Below, piece by piece: positions 52,396 through 64,000 of a stretch of 64,000 nt of DNA. The notes beneath the pieces were generated by a model that worked only from the letters and a program-made list of their open reading frames with translations, was not told where the DNA came from and ran no database searches. The translations under genes were made by a program, and so were the position numbers. The DNA is from Oikopleura dioica (taxonomy: Eukaryota; Animalia; Chordata): assembly GCA_907165135.1 (NCBI GenBank), contig OU015568.1, positions 14,589,979 through 14,653,978 of the forward strand, read 5' to 3'. Every line of letters begins with the position of its first letter. Position 1 is the first letter of the stretch.

Positions 52396-54722
52396 GCCAA
52401 TCAAATCGGAAAGCATTGAAAAATCATACAGTGTTTTCAAAAAAAAGGTGAAATCAAGATTGATTGTAAAATTCAAAAGAAAACTTTCAAAGTTAAAAGC
52501 ACCAAAACAGAGTTTAAGTATTTATATGATTAGTTGTTGCCTTTTTCTCCCAGGTAAAAGTGAACATGCAAGGTCAACAAATAAAGCGCTCGTGATATCA
52601 ATATAGCGCGGCGGATGATCCGCTGCTCAAAGGGATAACAGCTGTAAACAAAGGCTCCTTTGATCCTTCTCGACTGAGCGGTCGGGAGCTGCGCAGCTGT
52701 GAGCGCTGTTTTCCGGGATCAAAATTTTTTAACTTGGACTTCTTGGATCTGGGATGGACGCAAGGCAAATCCCCTTCTACTCCGATGTAGTGTAAATAGG
52801 ACGCTCTGTATTGTGTTTGATGACCTGGGCGGGAGATAACGCCCAGCCCACTCCGGAAAGCTGCTTGAATCCGCGCTAACACCGGAAACCCACTCTTCCA
52901 ACGCATATTGCTAATTATATACAATGACCGAATTACTTTTTTTATTCGCAAAGAAAAGAGATTCAAAAGATGCCATTTTAAATTTTTTCTTCGATCATTT
53001 TTCCTTCGAAATATACATTTTCATTAATTTTAGCAGCTTCTTGATTAATAAGACATAAGAAATGGAAACAGAAAAAGCGAATAGACACTAATTTGATAAC
53101 ACATGTACATGCCAAAAGACGCGAAATCAGGCACTGTTATGAAATCAAGCTCGTCTCAGATGTTGTTTTGCGAACTCAATAAAACCGCCTCGTCTTTCCA
53201 CCAGATCAAGTCTATTTTTGATCAATCTTTACCTTTTTCGTGGGTTCTTGACAGTTACCCTCTAAGCTTTTGCTTTTTAGAGCCATTTCAGAACCAAGTT
53301 TTAATCGAAAAAAGTACAAATAACAGCTTTCGTTTGTCAATTTTTATTAGAAAGGTATTTTCCGTGGAAAGAGTTCGTCAACCCTGAGAATGATCCAAAA
53401 GGATACAGGAAGATACGGCCCGGGTGTCCGGCCTCCACAGCTGGGCACACATTTAGCTTAGGCTTGTACTAAATAACGAATAAATATCTACTCATCCGCT
53501 GCTCACTTGCTCGACTTGGGCAACTCGTCAAATACGCCCGAGCAGCGCACCTGTCGCTATTTGCCAAACATCATAAGAGCCTATTCTTTTTATTAAAAAA
53601 TTGACACTTTTTTTCGAAAAAATTCTTATCGGGAAATTTCGACAAGCCAAAGATTCATAAAGTTTTTCTCAAATATTAAAAGATTTTCACTTTCTTTTTC
53701 GATTGTAGATTTCAACAGAAATGAGCTCCCGGATGAAATCAACAAGGAAAACATCGAACAAGAGTCCAACTAATTTACTTCCCCAAGAACAATTTTTTTG
53801 GAATTTGCGATTACATGTTTTACCTTCAGCCTTTTTTCTACCTAAGATGAGACTCGTTACATTTAAATCGATTGTTATTGTATAACAAAACTATTGTTTA
53901 ACGCAGGTGTGCAACGACAAGCGTTAAATGTGTAAACATTCTCTACTGAACGATTGCAAAATCTTGCTTCAGAAAAAGGCACTTTAACATGAAAGAACTA
54001 CCAGGTATTACCAAGGTAATTTCTATTTTGTTTTATTTATTTTCTTTTGCTGGGTCTCCGGGCCAGGAGCAAGGTATAAGTGCTAACCAAGTAAATCCGA
54101 AAGCACTTGACAGAAAAACTGTCCGTCGGCAATGTCAGCCTCTTTCAGAGCTTTCTTTTTTTAAAAAGTCACTGATTTTAACCTCTGCGCTGGGTTCATT
54201 TCTGAATCTCAGATTTGCGCTTCGTGCCTTTGCAGTTCAAGAGAAGCCTCAAGACTCTCTGAGAACTCCTGATTGATAAGAGCGTTTATGAACTGCTAAG
54301 ATCCGCGTTATTCCATGTTATCTTCAGTATGAATTCTGAATTCCTTGCCGAGTTTTCTCGCGGGTAAAAATGTAGTTCATAAACATGCTGATTCGGTTCT
54401 TTTTCCTTCGGCAAAACTAGATAGCACCAGATGCATAAAGTGGATTAAGGAAGCGGCCCTAGGCATTTTACGCCGTCCGATTCTGACAGCGGCGTGAAAA
54501 GAGAGCATTGAAAAAATAGAGAAAAATAAACCAGCTCATCATATCCGATTCATAACAAAGAAAAATTCAAAACAATTTATGATTAAAATCAACTAGGATT
54601 TTTTTTGTTAGATTTCATCTTTCTCGTGCTTGTTTTTTCATAATGAAAACAACTTGAAAACAATTTGTTTTACGAGCTTTTTCAAGTTATTCATTGTTTG
54701 TTTCAGATTTTTGAATTTGAAA

Positions 54723-56497
54723 ATGTCGGACAGAGAAAGACTAATTAACGAAGACGACCAAGAAAGAATCAGAGAAAGCCCGGAATTAGAAGATGAGTTG
54801 GAGACAGAATCGCAGACACGGACTTTTACGGACACGGGAATGGAGACAGAAACAAGGCTGGAGAGAACTTTGGGCTTGTTTGATGCAGTAGGTAAGTTTA
54901 ATCAGAGAAAATGATAGTTGAAAGGCTGTGTTTCTATCAATTTAAATTTCAGGAATCGGTGTGGGAATCATGCTCGGTTCTGGAATCTTCGTTAGTCCGG
55001 GCGGTGTCATGGCCAATGCTGGCAGTTTCGGCTCCTCGATCATCATTTGGGTTTTATGCGGCGTGTTTTCGTTGCTCGGTGGCTTGTGCTACGCGGAGCT
55101 GGGGACTTTGATTCCGGAATCGGGTGGTGACTACACTTACTGCAACAGAATATTTCCGGATATTATCGGCTTTCTTCGACTGTGGGTTGAAGTTATCATT
55201 ATTCGACCTGGCTGTCATGCTGCAGTGGCTGTCACATTCGCTGTTCATATCTTACAAGTAGCTCCTCATACAGTCATCTTTCTATAAACTGATCTTTCAG
55301 CCCTTCTTTCCTGGACAGAGCGTTCCAAGTACACCGAAAAAGCTCATCGCAGCCGCTTGCATCACTTTATTTTCCTGGTTGAACATGTATTCTATCAGAG
55401 GATCAACAATGGTCAATTCCTACACAGCTTTTGCAAAGACGATAAGTTTAATTCTCATCATCGGCGTTGGAATCATGAAGGCAGCACAAGGGGAAATTTA
55501 CAATTTCATGCCCGAGGAGTTTTGGAAGTAAGAAATACAACCGAAAGCTTGAAAATAACATTTTCAGGGACTCAACAACGGATTTTCCAAAGCTCTGTCT
55601 GGCGTGTTACAGTGGTCTGTGGTCATTTGCTGGTTGGACGGATATTGTTCTTGTGACGGAAGAAATTCAAAACCCAGGAAAAAATGTTCCGCTATCAATT
55701 ATCATCAGCTGCACTCTGATTATTGGGCTGTATTGCTTGGTTAACTTAGCCTACTTCACCGTCCTGACGGTTAGTTAGAGTCAGCTTCGTTTTCGTAAAG
55801 AAATTCTAGAGAACAGAAGCATCAGCTATTGCAACAGCTCAAGTTTTCATCGAAAAAGCTCTGCCTACTTTACCCGGGCATCAGTACATCATCCCCGTTC
55901 TCGTCTCTCTCGCCTGCTTCGGCGGCGTCAATGGATCATTGTTCGCTTCCGGAAGATACTACTTCGTCGCTGGCCGTAATAATCACATGCCACCGATTCT
56001 GTCGATGGTTCAAATCCATCGAAACACACCTTCAGTGGCTTGTTTTCTGAATGGTCTTCTTTCGACCGCGATGTTGTTCAATGATGATATTTACTCGTTG
56101 ATCAACTACACTAATTTTATTTATTTTGTCTGGTAAGCAAACCTTCTTCAGGGTCAGTTTTCAACCTTTTTTAAGCATTATTCTTGCGATAAGCGGGCTT
56201 GCCTATTTAAAAATCACCGGCCAAGCGACCGGATCGACCGTCAAAGTTCCTCTGCCAATCCTCATCCTGACATTGATCATGTTCTCCGGCGTTGTTTTGG
56301 GAGCGATGGTCCTTACGCCTTACGAAACCCTTGGTGGGTGCATCCTGACTCTTACCGGACTCCCGGTGTATTTCATTTTTGTCCGACCGCGAGGCAAACT
56401 TCTTGAGTGGAGGGAGAAGATTGAGCCGCAATATGAAAAGTTCTCGAGATTCGTGCAGAAGCTCATGGTCGTAGTACCTGAAACTAAAGAAGAATGA
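54723..56497 (+). CDS. SLC7: SLC7 light-subunit (LAT/y+LAT-type) amino acid transporter
   Basis: GIMLGSGIFVSPGGV, GGLCYAELGTLIPESGGDY, IIRPG, YSGLWSFAGW, TEEIQNPGKNVPLSI, GGVNGSLFASGRYYFVAGR, LYFIFV-type terminal TM. Confidence 0.95.
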
Positions 56498-56720
56498 AAC
56501 TTTTTAAATGTACTTTTACTTCAATGAAAAAGCAGTCCAATAAAATTCATATTACAAATCGACCAAAAAAGCACGTTAAAGTCATTAAGCAGATCTTATC
56601 ATCACGGAAGAACTTCGAAGTTTGGCTTTCTTGGGAACTTGTTCTGAATCAAAATAAATTGCATCAAGCATATTTTATCTTTTTTTCTTTATTTATTTTA
56701 GCAAGAAAAGTAACGCTATG

Positions 56721-58291
56721 TCAATTTCTTTTTTTCAATTCTTTTTCGAGGCACTGCATCGCAAAATCATCGGTAGAATCAAACTTGTTCGCAAATAGAT
56801 GTGGCTGCTTCAATAGCTAAAATTTTTCTCATTTGACGAAAGTTATTCTTTTTCGCTTACCCAGCCTAAATCGCCACTTCCAAAGACGCACACACCTCGG
56901 CGAAGATGACCTTGGCATTTATGTATTGTGTCTGTAAGCCATATTGATATCCGGGAGAGGTTTTCTATGCCATTCTAAATTAATGTTATTCGAATAATTT
57001 TTCATCAAAACGAAATTATTCTCGTCGTTTCAAAACGTACCTCGTAATAAAAGTTATTTCCAGGAGCATTCTTATTCCGAACAATCGTTGCCCAAACAAA
57101 CTCATCAGGAGAAAACGTATCCTTCGACCACTCGATCAGTTTGTGCACTTCTTCGCTTTCCAGCGTCCATTGAACGAACTCTCGTGTCATCAGAAAATAC
57201 GCAGACCCCGAAAAAATTTCAATGCGCCCAGGCGGCGGGGACTTATCTCTTCCTGTTATAACCGGAATAAATTTGTATTCTCTGTAATCAGCTTGAGTTA
57301 AGTCTGATGGTCCAACTTTCCATTCTTTCTCGAAGCGCTCTTTCTTCTTTTCGGAAGGCTTGTAGCTGGTGATTGCGTTTTTGGGGTAGAAGGATTTGAG
57401 ATAGTTGACGATTTCGGAGTTGCTTTTCAACGGAAAATCCTCTCAATAGAAGGGCTTGGAAATTTATAAAGCTACTATCTTTTTCTGACTTTCGAAAGCC
57501 TTGCCCGCAGACATTTATCAAATATCTCCACTGTATCTCGTGCTGTTTAAAAGTTAGCCATTCGTTATAAGACCTCAAAAAAAACAGGGTCCTGATTCTT
57601 CTTTATCGGATCCTTACAGGTCCTTTGAGCTCGATTAACTGGCTCACCTTCCTGAATAAGATCTCCCATGCAATTTATATCGGCTTGAAATCGCTCATAT
57701 GATCCCCAGTGTACATTCTCTCGCTTCTTCGTTAGAAAAACATTCGGAAAACAGCTGGCAAGGGCTTCGAAATCGTCAACTTCCATTTGCGGCGTTTTCG
57801 CATCGATATGAAGACAGTAGACATTGTGAGGAGAGTAGATTGCTCGGAGAAGTCGTTCCGCTTGACCAGGGTTTTTATGGAGCACCATTGAGTAAGCGAG
57901 GGGAAAGTCAGAATTAGCATCTGAGGTCGGGTACTCCCGGAGCTTGACGAATTCGGGGCAGCTTCCAGAATGGACGAGGTATGCGATTTCGCCGTCTCCC
58001 AGACTTAGCGATTCAACTTTCTTCGCCGATTTTCGTCGTTCAACTCTTTCAAGCTCGGCTCGATCTTCCTTATGAAGATTTTAAAATGAAGAAACATTCA
58101 ACTGTTATTACCTGAATAACCGCTTCGCAATTTAAATCAAATTTTTCAGCAATAGCTTCGTTTTCTCTTTTCACCGGTTCTTTTTGCAAAAGAAAGCCCC
58201 CAATAAATAACAAAATCACGAAGTAAGCGTATCGAAAATAAATTTTCTTCAGACGGTTGTGCTGCATTTTCTTTTTTATCTGGTAATTCAA
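56721..58291 (-). CDS. GCNT: Core-2/I-branching beta-1,6-N-acetylglucosaminyltransferase (GT14)
   Basis: N-terminal TM; DFPLAYSMVLHK, RLLRAIYSPHNVYCLHIDAK, CFPNVF, WRYLINVCGQ(E)DFPLK, GSAYF, SPDEFVWAT, CQGHLRRGVCVFGSGDLGW, LFANKFD; stop at 56721-56723. Confidence 0.95.
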
Positions 58292-58579
58292 TCGATGTCA
58301 AAGAATCTTTTTTTGAAAGAACCTATCTAGAAAAACAAAGATTTACTTTGCAGAAGAAACTCGAAAAGCATCGTCAATAAGTGGATTTCGTTTTTGAAGA
58401 TTCAAGCTACCTTACCAAGCGACCGGTACGACAAATGTATTCAAACTTCCCCTCAGAGGGGAGCTTGATGTCCTCACTCTTGCTCTTGGCCGTATGCAAA
58501 CTTTCATCGAACCGCTTTTATCATTAGACTGAAATTGTATACAGAATGAACAATTTATTTTCAAAAGCTCTTTTCATAA

Positions 58580-59226
58580 CTAGACAGACTCATTTACGTC
58601 AGGAATTTCTTTGTATGGAATCCATGCAGCAGGCCTGTAATTGTCACCAGCTATCTTCGGTATTCTGAGAAGATGAATTCAATAACCCGTATTCGAGCAA
58701 TTAATCAGTTAACTAACCTGCTCCAAGAAAACATCATCAAAAGGCCAGTAGCTCGTTTTGTCTCTTCGTCAACAGACTCTTCCTCTGAGGAACCCCTTAT
58801 CATCATTTTAAGCAGATATAATTCAAAGATAGAGTCACCTTTCTAAGTCATCATCTGAGTCGTTGTTGTTTGCACCTTCTGTCTTTGAAATCGCAGTCGC
58901 CAAGTTCACCATTGGAATTCCGTCAGGCGAAATCGGTATTTTCAAGTTTCCAACAATCAGGTACTGACATTTTCCCTGTAATCTGTCTCGAATCGCCAGC
59001 TTGTGATGAGTACAGATCCGATGAACTCCGACCTATCAAATCAAAAAGTTTCGACGTGAAAATCATTACCTTCTTATTCCATTTATTTCGCAGCCCGCAC
59101 ATGCAGTAAAAATCGTTTCCTTGAGCAGTGCCAGATCGCCAGTGCGGATTGTCTTTGAACGGAGATTTTTTGTGGCAAAGTTCGCACAGGATAATCTTGC
59201 TGCATGCTTTTGATTTCAACTCGTTT
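58580..59226 (-). CDS. Multi-exon protein with an atypical GATA-like zinc finger; 5' exon(s) unresolved
   Basis: CELC...NPHWRSG...CMCGLRNKWNKK, then three GT-AG introns that keep one open frame to ...EIPDVNESV*. Confidence 0.6.
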
Positions 59227-59453
59227 CTGAGACAAAGTCATTTTTGGGTTGAATAAAAGAAAAACTAATCGACCTCAATGAGGCTTTTTGATCGTCTTAA
59301 CCAACAAAAAGTCCTCTTTTTGAACTTCAGTAATAAATGATAAAACTGCCTACTGTATAAAGTCAGTAGACAAGAGACAGTAGACAAAGACTGATGACTC
59401 TACTATCACGAAATGAAAGCCTTTAAATTATGGGCTACCTTAAAATTCTAGTG

Positions 59454-59711
59454 CTAAATGTTAGGCTTAGAGTTAAGGACTCTTACAGTAGGGGCCTTGC
59501 TAAAGATTTTGTTCATTTTTCATGAATCAACTTACGTTTCAAAAACATATATCGTATCTCCATTTTTAATCGCATCTTTACAAATCGTAGTCGTAATCTT
59601 CGGCTTCTTTTTCCTTCTCAAGTAGCATGACAGTACAAAAATGCCCGCACAGAACGTCAGCAGCCCAATCTGGAAAGCAATTTCAAAGGACCAAAAATTT
59701 ATCTCTCTCAT
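59454..59711 (-). CDS. Small single-TM protein (about 75 aa, two exons)
   Basis: MREINFWSFEIAFQIGLLTFCAGIFVLSCYLRRKKKPK (TM followed by a basic stop-transfer cluster); GTAAGT donor. Confidence 0.45.
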
Positions 59712-60647
59712 TTTTTCTTTACTCTTTTTGGCAGTGAAACAACTTACCAAAATAACTAAGGACATCTTGATAAGCTTCTTTCTTCTCTCTGTGATTTTGT
59801 CTCTGTTGAAGCAGGTTCAAAAGCTGCCCCGTGGTAACGACGTTTAATCCCACTTTTAGGGAAAGAGCATAAGACTCCCTTTGGGGAGGAATGGGCCTTT
59901 ACAAATCTGAAAGTGAATCAAACATAAACAAGACTCAAAAGGTGTCAAATCAGTGGATCTTTGACAGATCCCAACTTTGGAATATGAACCCATAACTCAA
60001 GTCAATCAAAAGCGCGCGGAGAAAATTCCTCTTTCGTAGCTCATACTTCTGAAATCGAAGAATAGTTCTGTCAGCCTCTCAGACTGTAGCTGATCAAGTC
60101 GAAATGTGTCGAAGATGGAACGTGTCGTTCTAAATTCTTGCTCTTAAATTCTGTCAACAGGTGCGGCTGTAAAGTCTGAATATACTGTTTTTCCTTGGAA
60201 AAATGGTCTTTAACTATTGACCTCGAAAATATAAAGTACTAAGGCACGTATCACAGATAAATCTAAGAAAAATTTCTTTTTAAAGAAAAAGCTGGGTTAC
60301 ATTTGGTCTACCTCAATCACACGTCCTCTTCCTTGATTCCCAGTACTTCCGCGGTTTTTCGCCCGTAATCAAGTCTCAAAAGCATCAACTCAAAACGAAA
60401 CCACCTGTCATCAACACCTTCTCTTATTTATGCGCTGTAAGTGGACTCACACTGGGCCAGCTCAAAGGATGCGTTTTAGCAAGTCTCGGGATCGATGGAT
60501 AATTGGAGAAGACATAGAAACGATACATCAGATTAGCGCAGAATAGGCTCTTTTTGAAACGTCTTCAGTCAGACTTATTTTAACAGGGAAACAATTTATT
60601 GTATCAAAAGCAAAATCGAAAGATATGAAACAAAAAAGGCAGATTTT

Positions 60648-61109
60648 TTAAAGACGAGATGGTTTCTTGCTCTTTCTGATCGCGTTTGGAGCTTTTCCCT
60701 TGTTTGGCTTTTTCTTCGTCATCTTATTCTTCTTCTTTGGCGATTCGCTGTTCTGAGTCTTTTGAGGGCTGGCGGAAGATTCTCGAGGTTTTCCGAAGAT
60801 TTTTTCCTTCTGTTCGTCTGACAGTGGCTTGGACGGCTTGAGGGAGCCTTTCTTGACGGTCTTCTGTTTTCGACTCTTATCTTGTGCTGAGGAAGAATGA
60901 GCAGTGTTGGTCTTCGAAGACGGTAGAGAGACTGAAACCCACTCACTTCGAGGGAGCATCTTCATTTTTTCCGCTGTTGCTTTTTCAACCGTCATTTTGA
61001 CCGGGCCTCTGGTTCGGCTCATCACCATTTTGCAAGCATTTGCTGTTCCCAAAGACTTGGAAAGAAGGGCAAGTTCGTAAAAGTTCAAGTATCGGATTGA
61101 GTCAATCAT
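60648..61109 (-). CDS. Lys/Ser-rich basic ORF, possibly an upstream exon of the GATA-like gene or a separate nuclear protein
   Basis: 153-codon ORF with KKKNKMTKKKPNKGK; no domain recognised. Confidence 0.45.
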   Translation of the reverse strand: MIDSIRYLNFYELALLSKSLGTANACKMVMSRTRGPVKMTVEKATAEKMKMLPRSEWVSVSLPSSKTNTAHSSSAQDKSRKQKTVKKGSLKPSKPLSDEQKEKIFGKPRESSASPQKTQNSESPKKKNKMTKKKPNKGKAPNAIRKSKKPSRL

Positions 61110-63431
61110 TATTGAGTTTGTTGATTTCGATGATTTGTATGAATGATTCCTAGAAATCGATTCTGTTTTTATTCCGGAAATGGAGATAGAGAGTATAATT
61201 TACGCAGGTGAGCTTAATTAGCGGCTCTAGAATCAGGATCGGGAAATGGTCATCACCTGCGTCGATTGGTTCAAAGCTTTCATTGATGATGATTATCTTT
61301 TCAATAGATTTTATGCGCTTTCATCTTCTAAAATCAGGAAATATAGTCAGAATTTGAAAATAAATATAGATAGTCTTCCTTGATATCAAGTTCTTCATTC
61401 AAGATATTCAAAATAATCAATTTTTATAGACTTTTTTATGAAACTTATTTTTCTTTTGATCCACTGGATAATTTAATGGGAAGAAATTTAGCTCATGAAA
61501 AAAGTGGAATAATAAGTTAATTATCAACCCCGTGAGCGAATCGTGCTGAGTGGGGCGGTTGCTAGAGATCATAGGTTGATTATTTTTTCATCAAGGCGGA
61601 ATCTCGCGCATTTCGAATTTCTGGAACGAGCAGTCCTAATTTACATAACATCGCTGCGAAAAACATTTGCATATAAAAAAACTGCTCAATGCAAATTTTC
61701 AATCTAAAAAGAACGGAAAATCAAAATGCTTCGGGAGATTTTAGAGTGTCGATTTTTTTCGGTAATCCGTCGGAAAAGCCTCTTTCCTCGGCTGCTTCTC
61801 ACGCCTTCCGTTGTAACGTTCACGGGATCGTTGTATATTTCGCGGTTTTGTGAAGCTTCTTACTCGGACGGCTTTGGCAGTTTATGGCATCTCAGCTGAA
61901 TCAAAATTCAGATCCGTCAAAGCTCCCATTGAACCTTCTTCACGTCTAGCTCTAAACAGTAGAGGCGTAACTTTTGATGCCAACTTTCAAATTTTGCGGA
62001 CAGGCGAAAATGTTCTTTCCTTTTTCCCATGACCCAGCAGATTCAGGTTCGTCCAAAAATATTTTTTTCTTTTATCAAAACTGTTAATTTACAGTAAAAA
62101 ATTGTTAAAAACCCAATTTCAAACTGCTATGGACTGGGCAACCTGTGTAGAAAACCTGTGTAGAAAACCTGACTCAGGGTCCTGCTATTTGGTTAGTCTA
62201 AAAAGTCTAAGAAACATTCGAAGTTCACGAAAAGTCTCAAAATAGCGGACCGTTATTTCGCAAGTATATTTTTGCTTTATTCCATTCAAGTCTTTCTGAA
62301 AATAGACTTCTATTTAAAATCGATGTTTTTCGCGATAAAAGACTGAAAATTAAAAGGAACCTGTCGCCTGTTCAAAATTAGAACTGAACAAAAATGTGAA
62401 CGACACTTTTAGACTCGGCCGCAATTATATGTGCACAGCGATATCGCGAACATACTAAACCGGATGGGCAACCGCCCAGCACTCGATCAGACACTCTCAG
62501 AAACAACAAAACTTACATCAATAAAACCGTATCGCTTTCGTTTATGTAGTGCAAATATACAAAAAATAAGCTTGTTAAAAACCTTGATCGTTAAATAAAA
62601 CAGTACCGAAGTAAAAAAATGGGGCGGGTTCTCGCCACAGTGGAGTATTGAATTCGAGAGCGGCGACCGCGTTCAGGGCTGGTTCATAAGCTTTGAAGGG
62701 ATTTGCTAAAAAGGTGAAATAATCCGGCCCCTCGTGATTTCCTGAAATAAAATCAAGAAAGAACCTGACGTGAAAGGGATTACTAGATAATGATGAAATC
62801 GAATAGCACAGCAGGGGTCAACTGATTACTAAGCTCGTAATGAGGGTTAACGAGCTGATAGAAAAATGCTCGGAAAAGTTCTATTTTTCTATTTTTGCTG
62901 GAGTAGAAATATATTTCGAATACACTTCTTTTTCCGTCGAAGGCTTAATCCGCGGCCAGGATTAGCGCTGAAGTTACAAGCGCCTGCCAGCCATACAGAC
63001 TTTTTGTCATGCGCAGAATGAATAAATCGCGGCAGTTCCAATTTAGCTTTTGAGCTTTACTAAGGACCATTTCTCCCGTAAAATTAAACTACTAGCTATT
63101 AATTCGATTTTGACCTTAACGACTTTGAGGCCCTTAATTTTCTAAGCTTCAGATTCAAAACAGTTGGGAATTTCGCGTGAGCTCCATTTGGTCTATTTCG
63201 TTAATTACTGAAAATATTGTTAATGACGATCAAAGAGGTACGGGCAAGAGATACTTGTATAACGGGAGCTGGAAAGATGTGTGATTCAATTTGAAACCGC
63301 TGGACGACGCACACGTTTTGAATTTTGCTTTTTCGAATGGACATTCTTCTCGAAGCACACATTTGATTAGTGTGGGGTTAAACGTATCGCCACCTTGGGA
63401 AGTATTAGAACATCGATTTTTAACTTGATTT

Positions 63432-63930
63432 NNNNNNNNNNNNNNNNNNNNNNNNNNNNNNNNNNNNNNNNNNNNNNNNNNNNNNNNNNNNNNNNNNNNN
63501 NNNNNNNNNNNNNNNNNNNNNNNNNNNNNNNNNNNNNNNNNNNNNNNNNNNNNNNNNNNNNNNNNNNNNNNNNNNNNNNNNNNNNNNNNNNNNNNNNNNN
63601 NNNNNNNNNNNNNNNNNNNNNNNNNNNNNNNNNNNNNNNNNNNNNNNNNNNNNNNNNNNNNNNNNNNNNNNNNNNNNNNNNNNNNNNNNNNNNNNNNNNN
63701 NNNNNNNNNNNNNNNNNNNNNNNNNNNNNNNNNNNNNNNNNNNNNNNNNNNNNNNNNNNNNNNNNNNNNNNNNNNNNNNNNNNNNNNNNNNNNNNNNNNN
63801 NNNNNNNNNNNNNNNNNNNNNNNNNNNNNNNNNNNNNNNNNNNNNNNNNNNNNNNNNNNNNNNNNNNNNNNNNNNNNNNNNNNNNNNNNNNNNNNNNNNN
63901 NNNNNNNNNNNNNNNNNNNNNNNNNNNNNN
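63432..63930. other. Assembly gap
   Basis: Run of N. Confidence 0.99.
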
Positions 63931-64000
63931 NTCAGTTACGTATTGCTGCCATCAGATTGTGTTTGTTAGTCGCTTTTTTGGAATTTTTTGGAATTTTTTT

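Noticed and set aside
52598-52966. Gfi1 first exon or a separate gene
   Set aside because: No SNAG sequence, no convincing splice path to about 49970, and no recognisable domain.

Overview
Eukaryotic, gene-dense animal DNA with very short introns (about 35-120 nt) and many non-canonical GA-AG/GC-AG introns. This pattern is most consistent with the larvacean tunicate Oikopleura dioica (inference; no database search was run). Spliced gene models built by eye: partial Q/P-rich gene, rhophilin, MMAB, conventional PKC, a beta-1,4-galactosyltransferase (minus strand) with an asteroid/ASTE1-like gene nested in one intron, an ABCA transporter, an orphan multipass membrane protein, a dispanin-like gene, a tail-anchored coiled-coil gene, a Cys-rich/kelch-like secreted protein, an ankyrin/coiled-coil gene, Gfi1, an SLC7 transporter, a GCNT glycosyltransferase and an atypical GATA-like finger gene. 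The most notable signals concern mobile DNA and splicing. (1) Two CAGGG-ended, 8-bp-TSD hAT-type elements sit inside coding exons (MMAB, B4GALT), and in both cases the ends supply splice sites that could restore the frame (nascent introns). (2) A Penelope-like retroelement with a 14-bp TSD has expanded a 40-nt intron and carries three minimal hammerhead ribozymes, one of them an antisense copy able to pair with the sense copies. (3) Nine inferred AG|GAA...AG introns. (4) A 56-bp hairpin satellite carried inside one hAT element, sharing a core with a dispersed intronic motif. An assembly gap occupies 63432-63930. Exon boundaries are homology-guided inferences and need RNA-seq confirmation.
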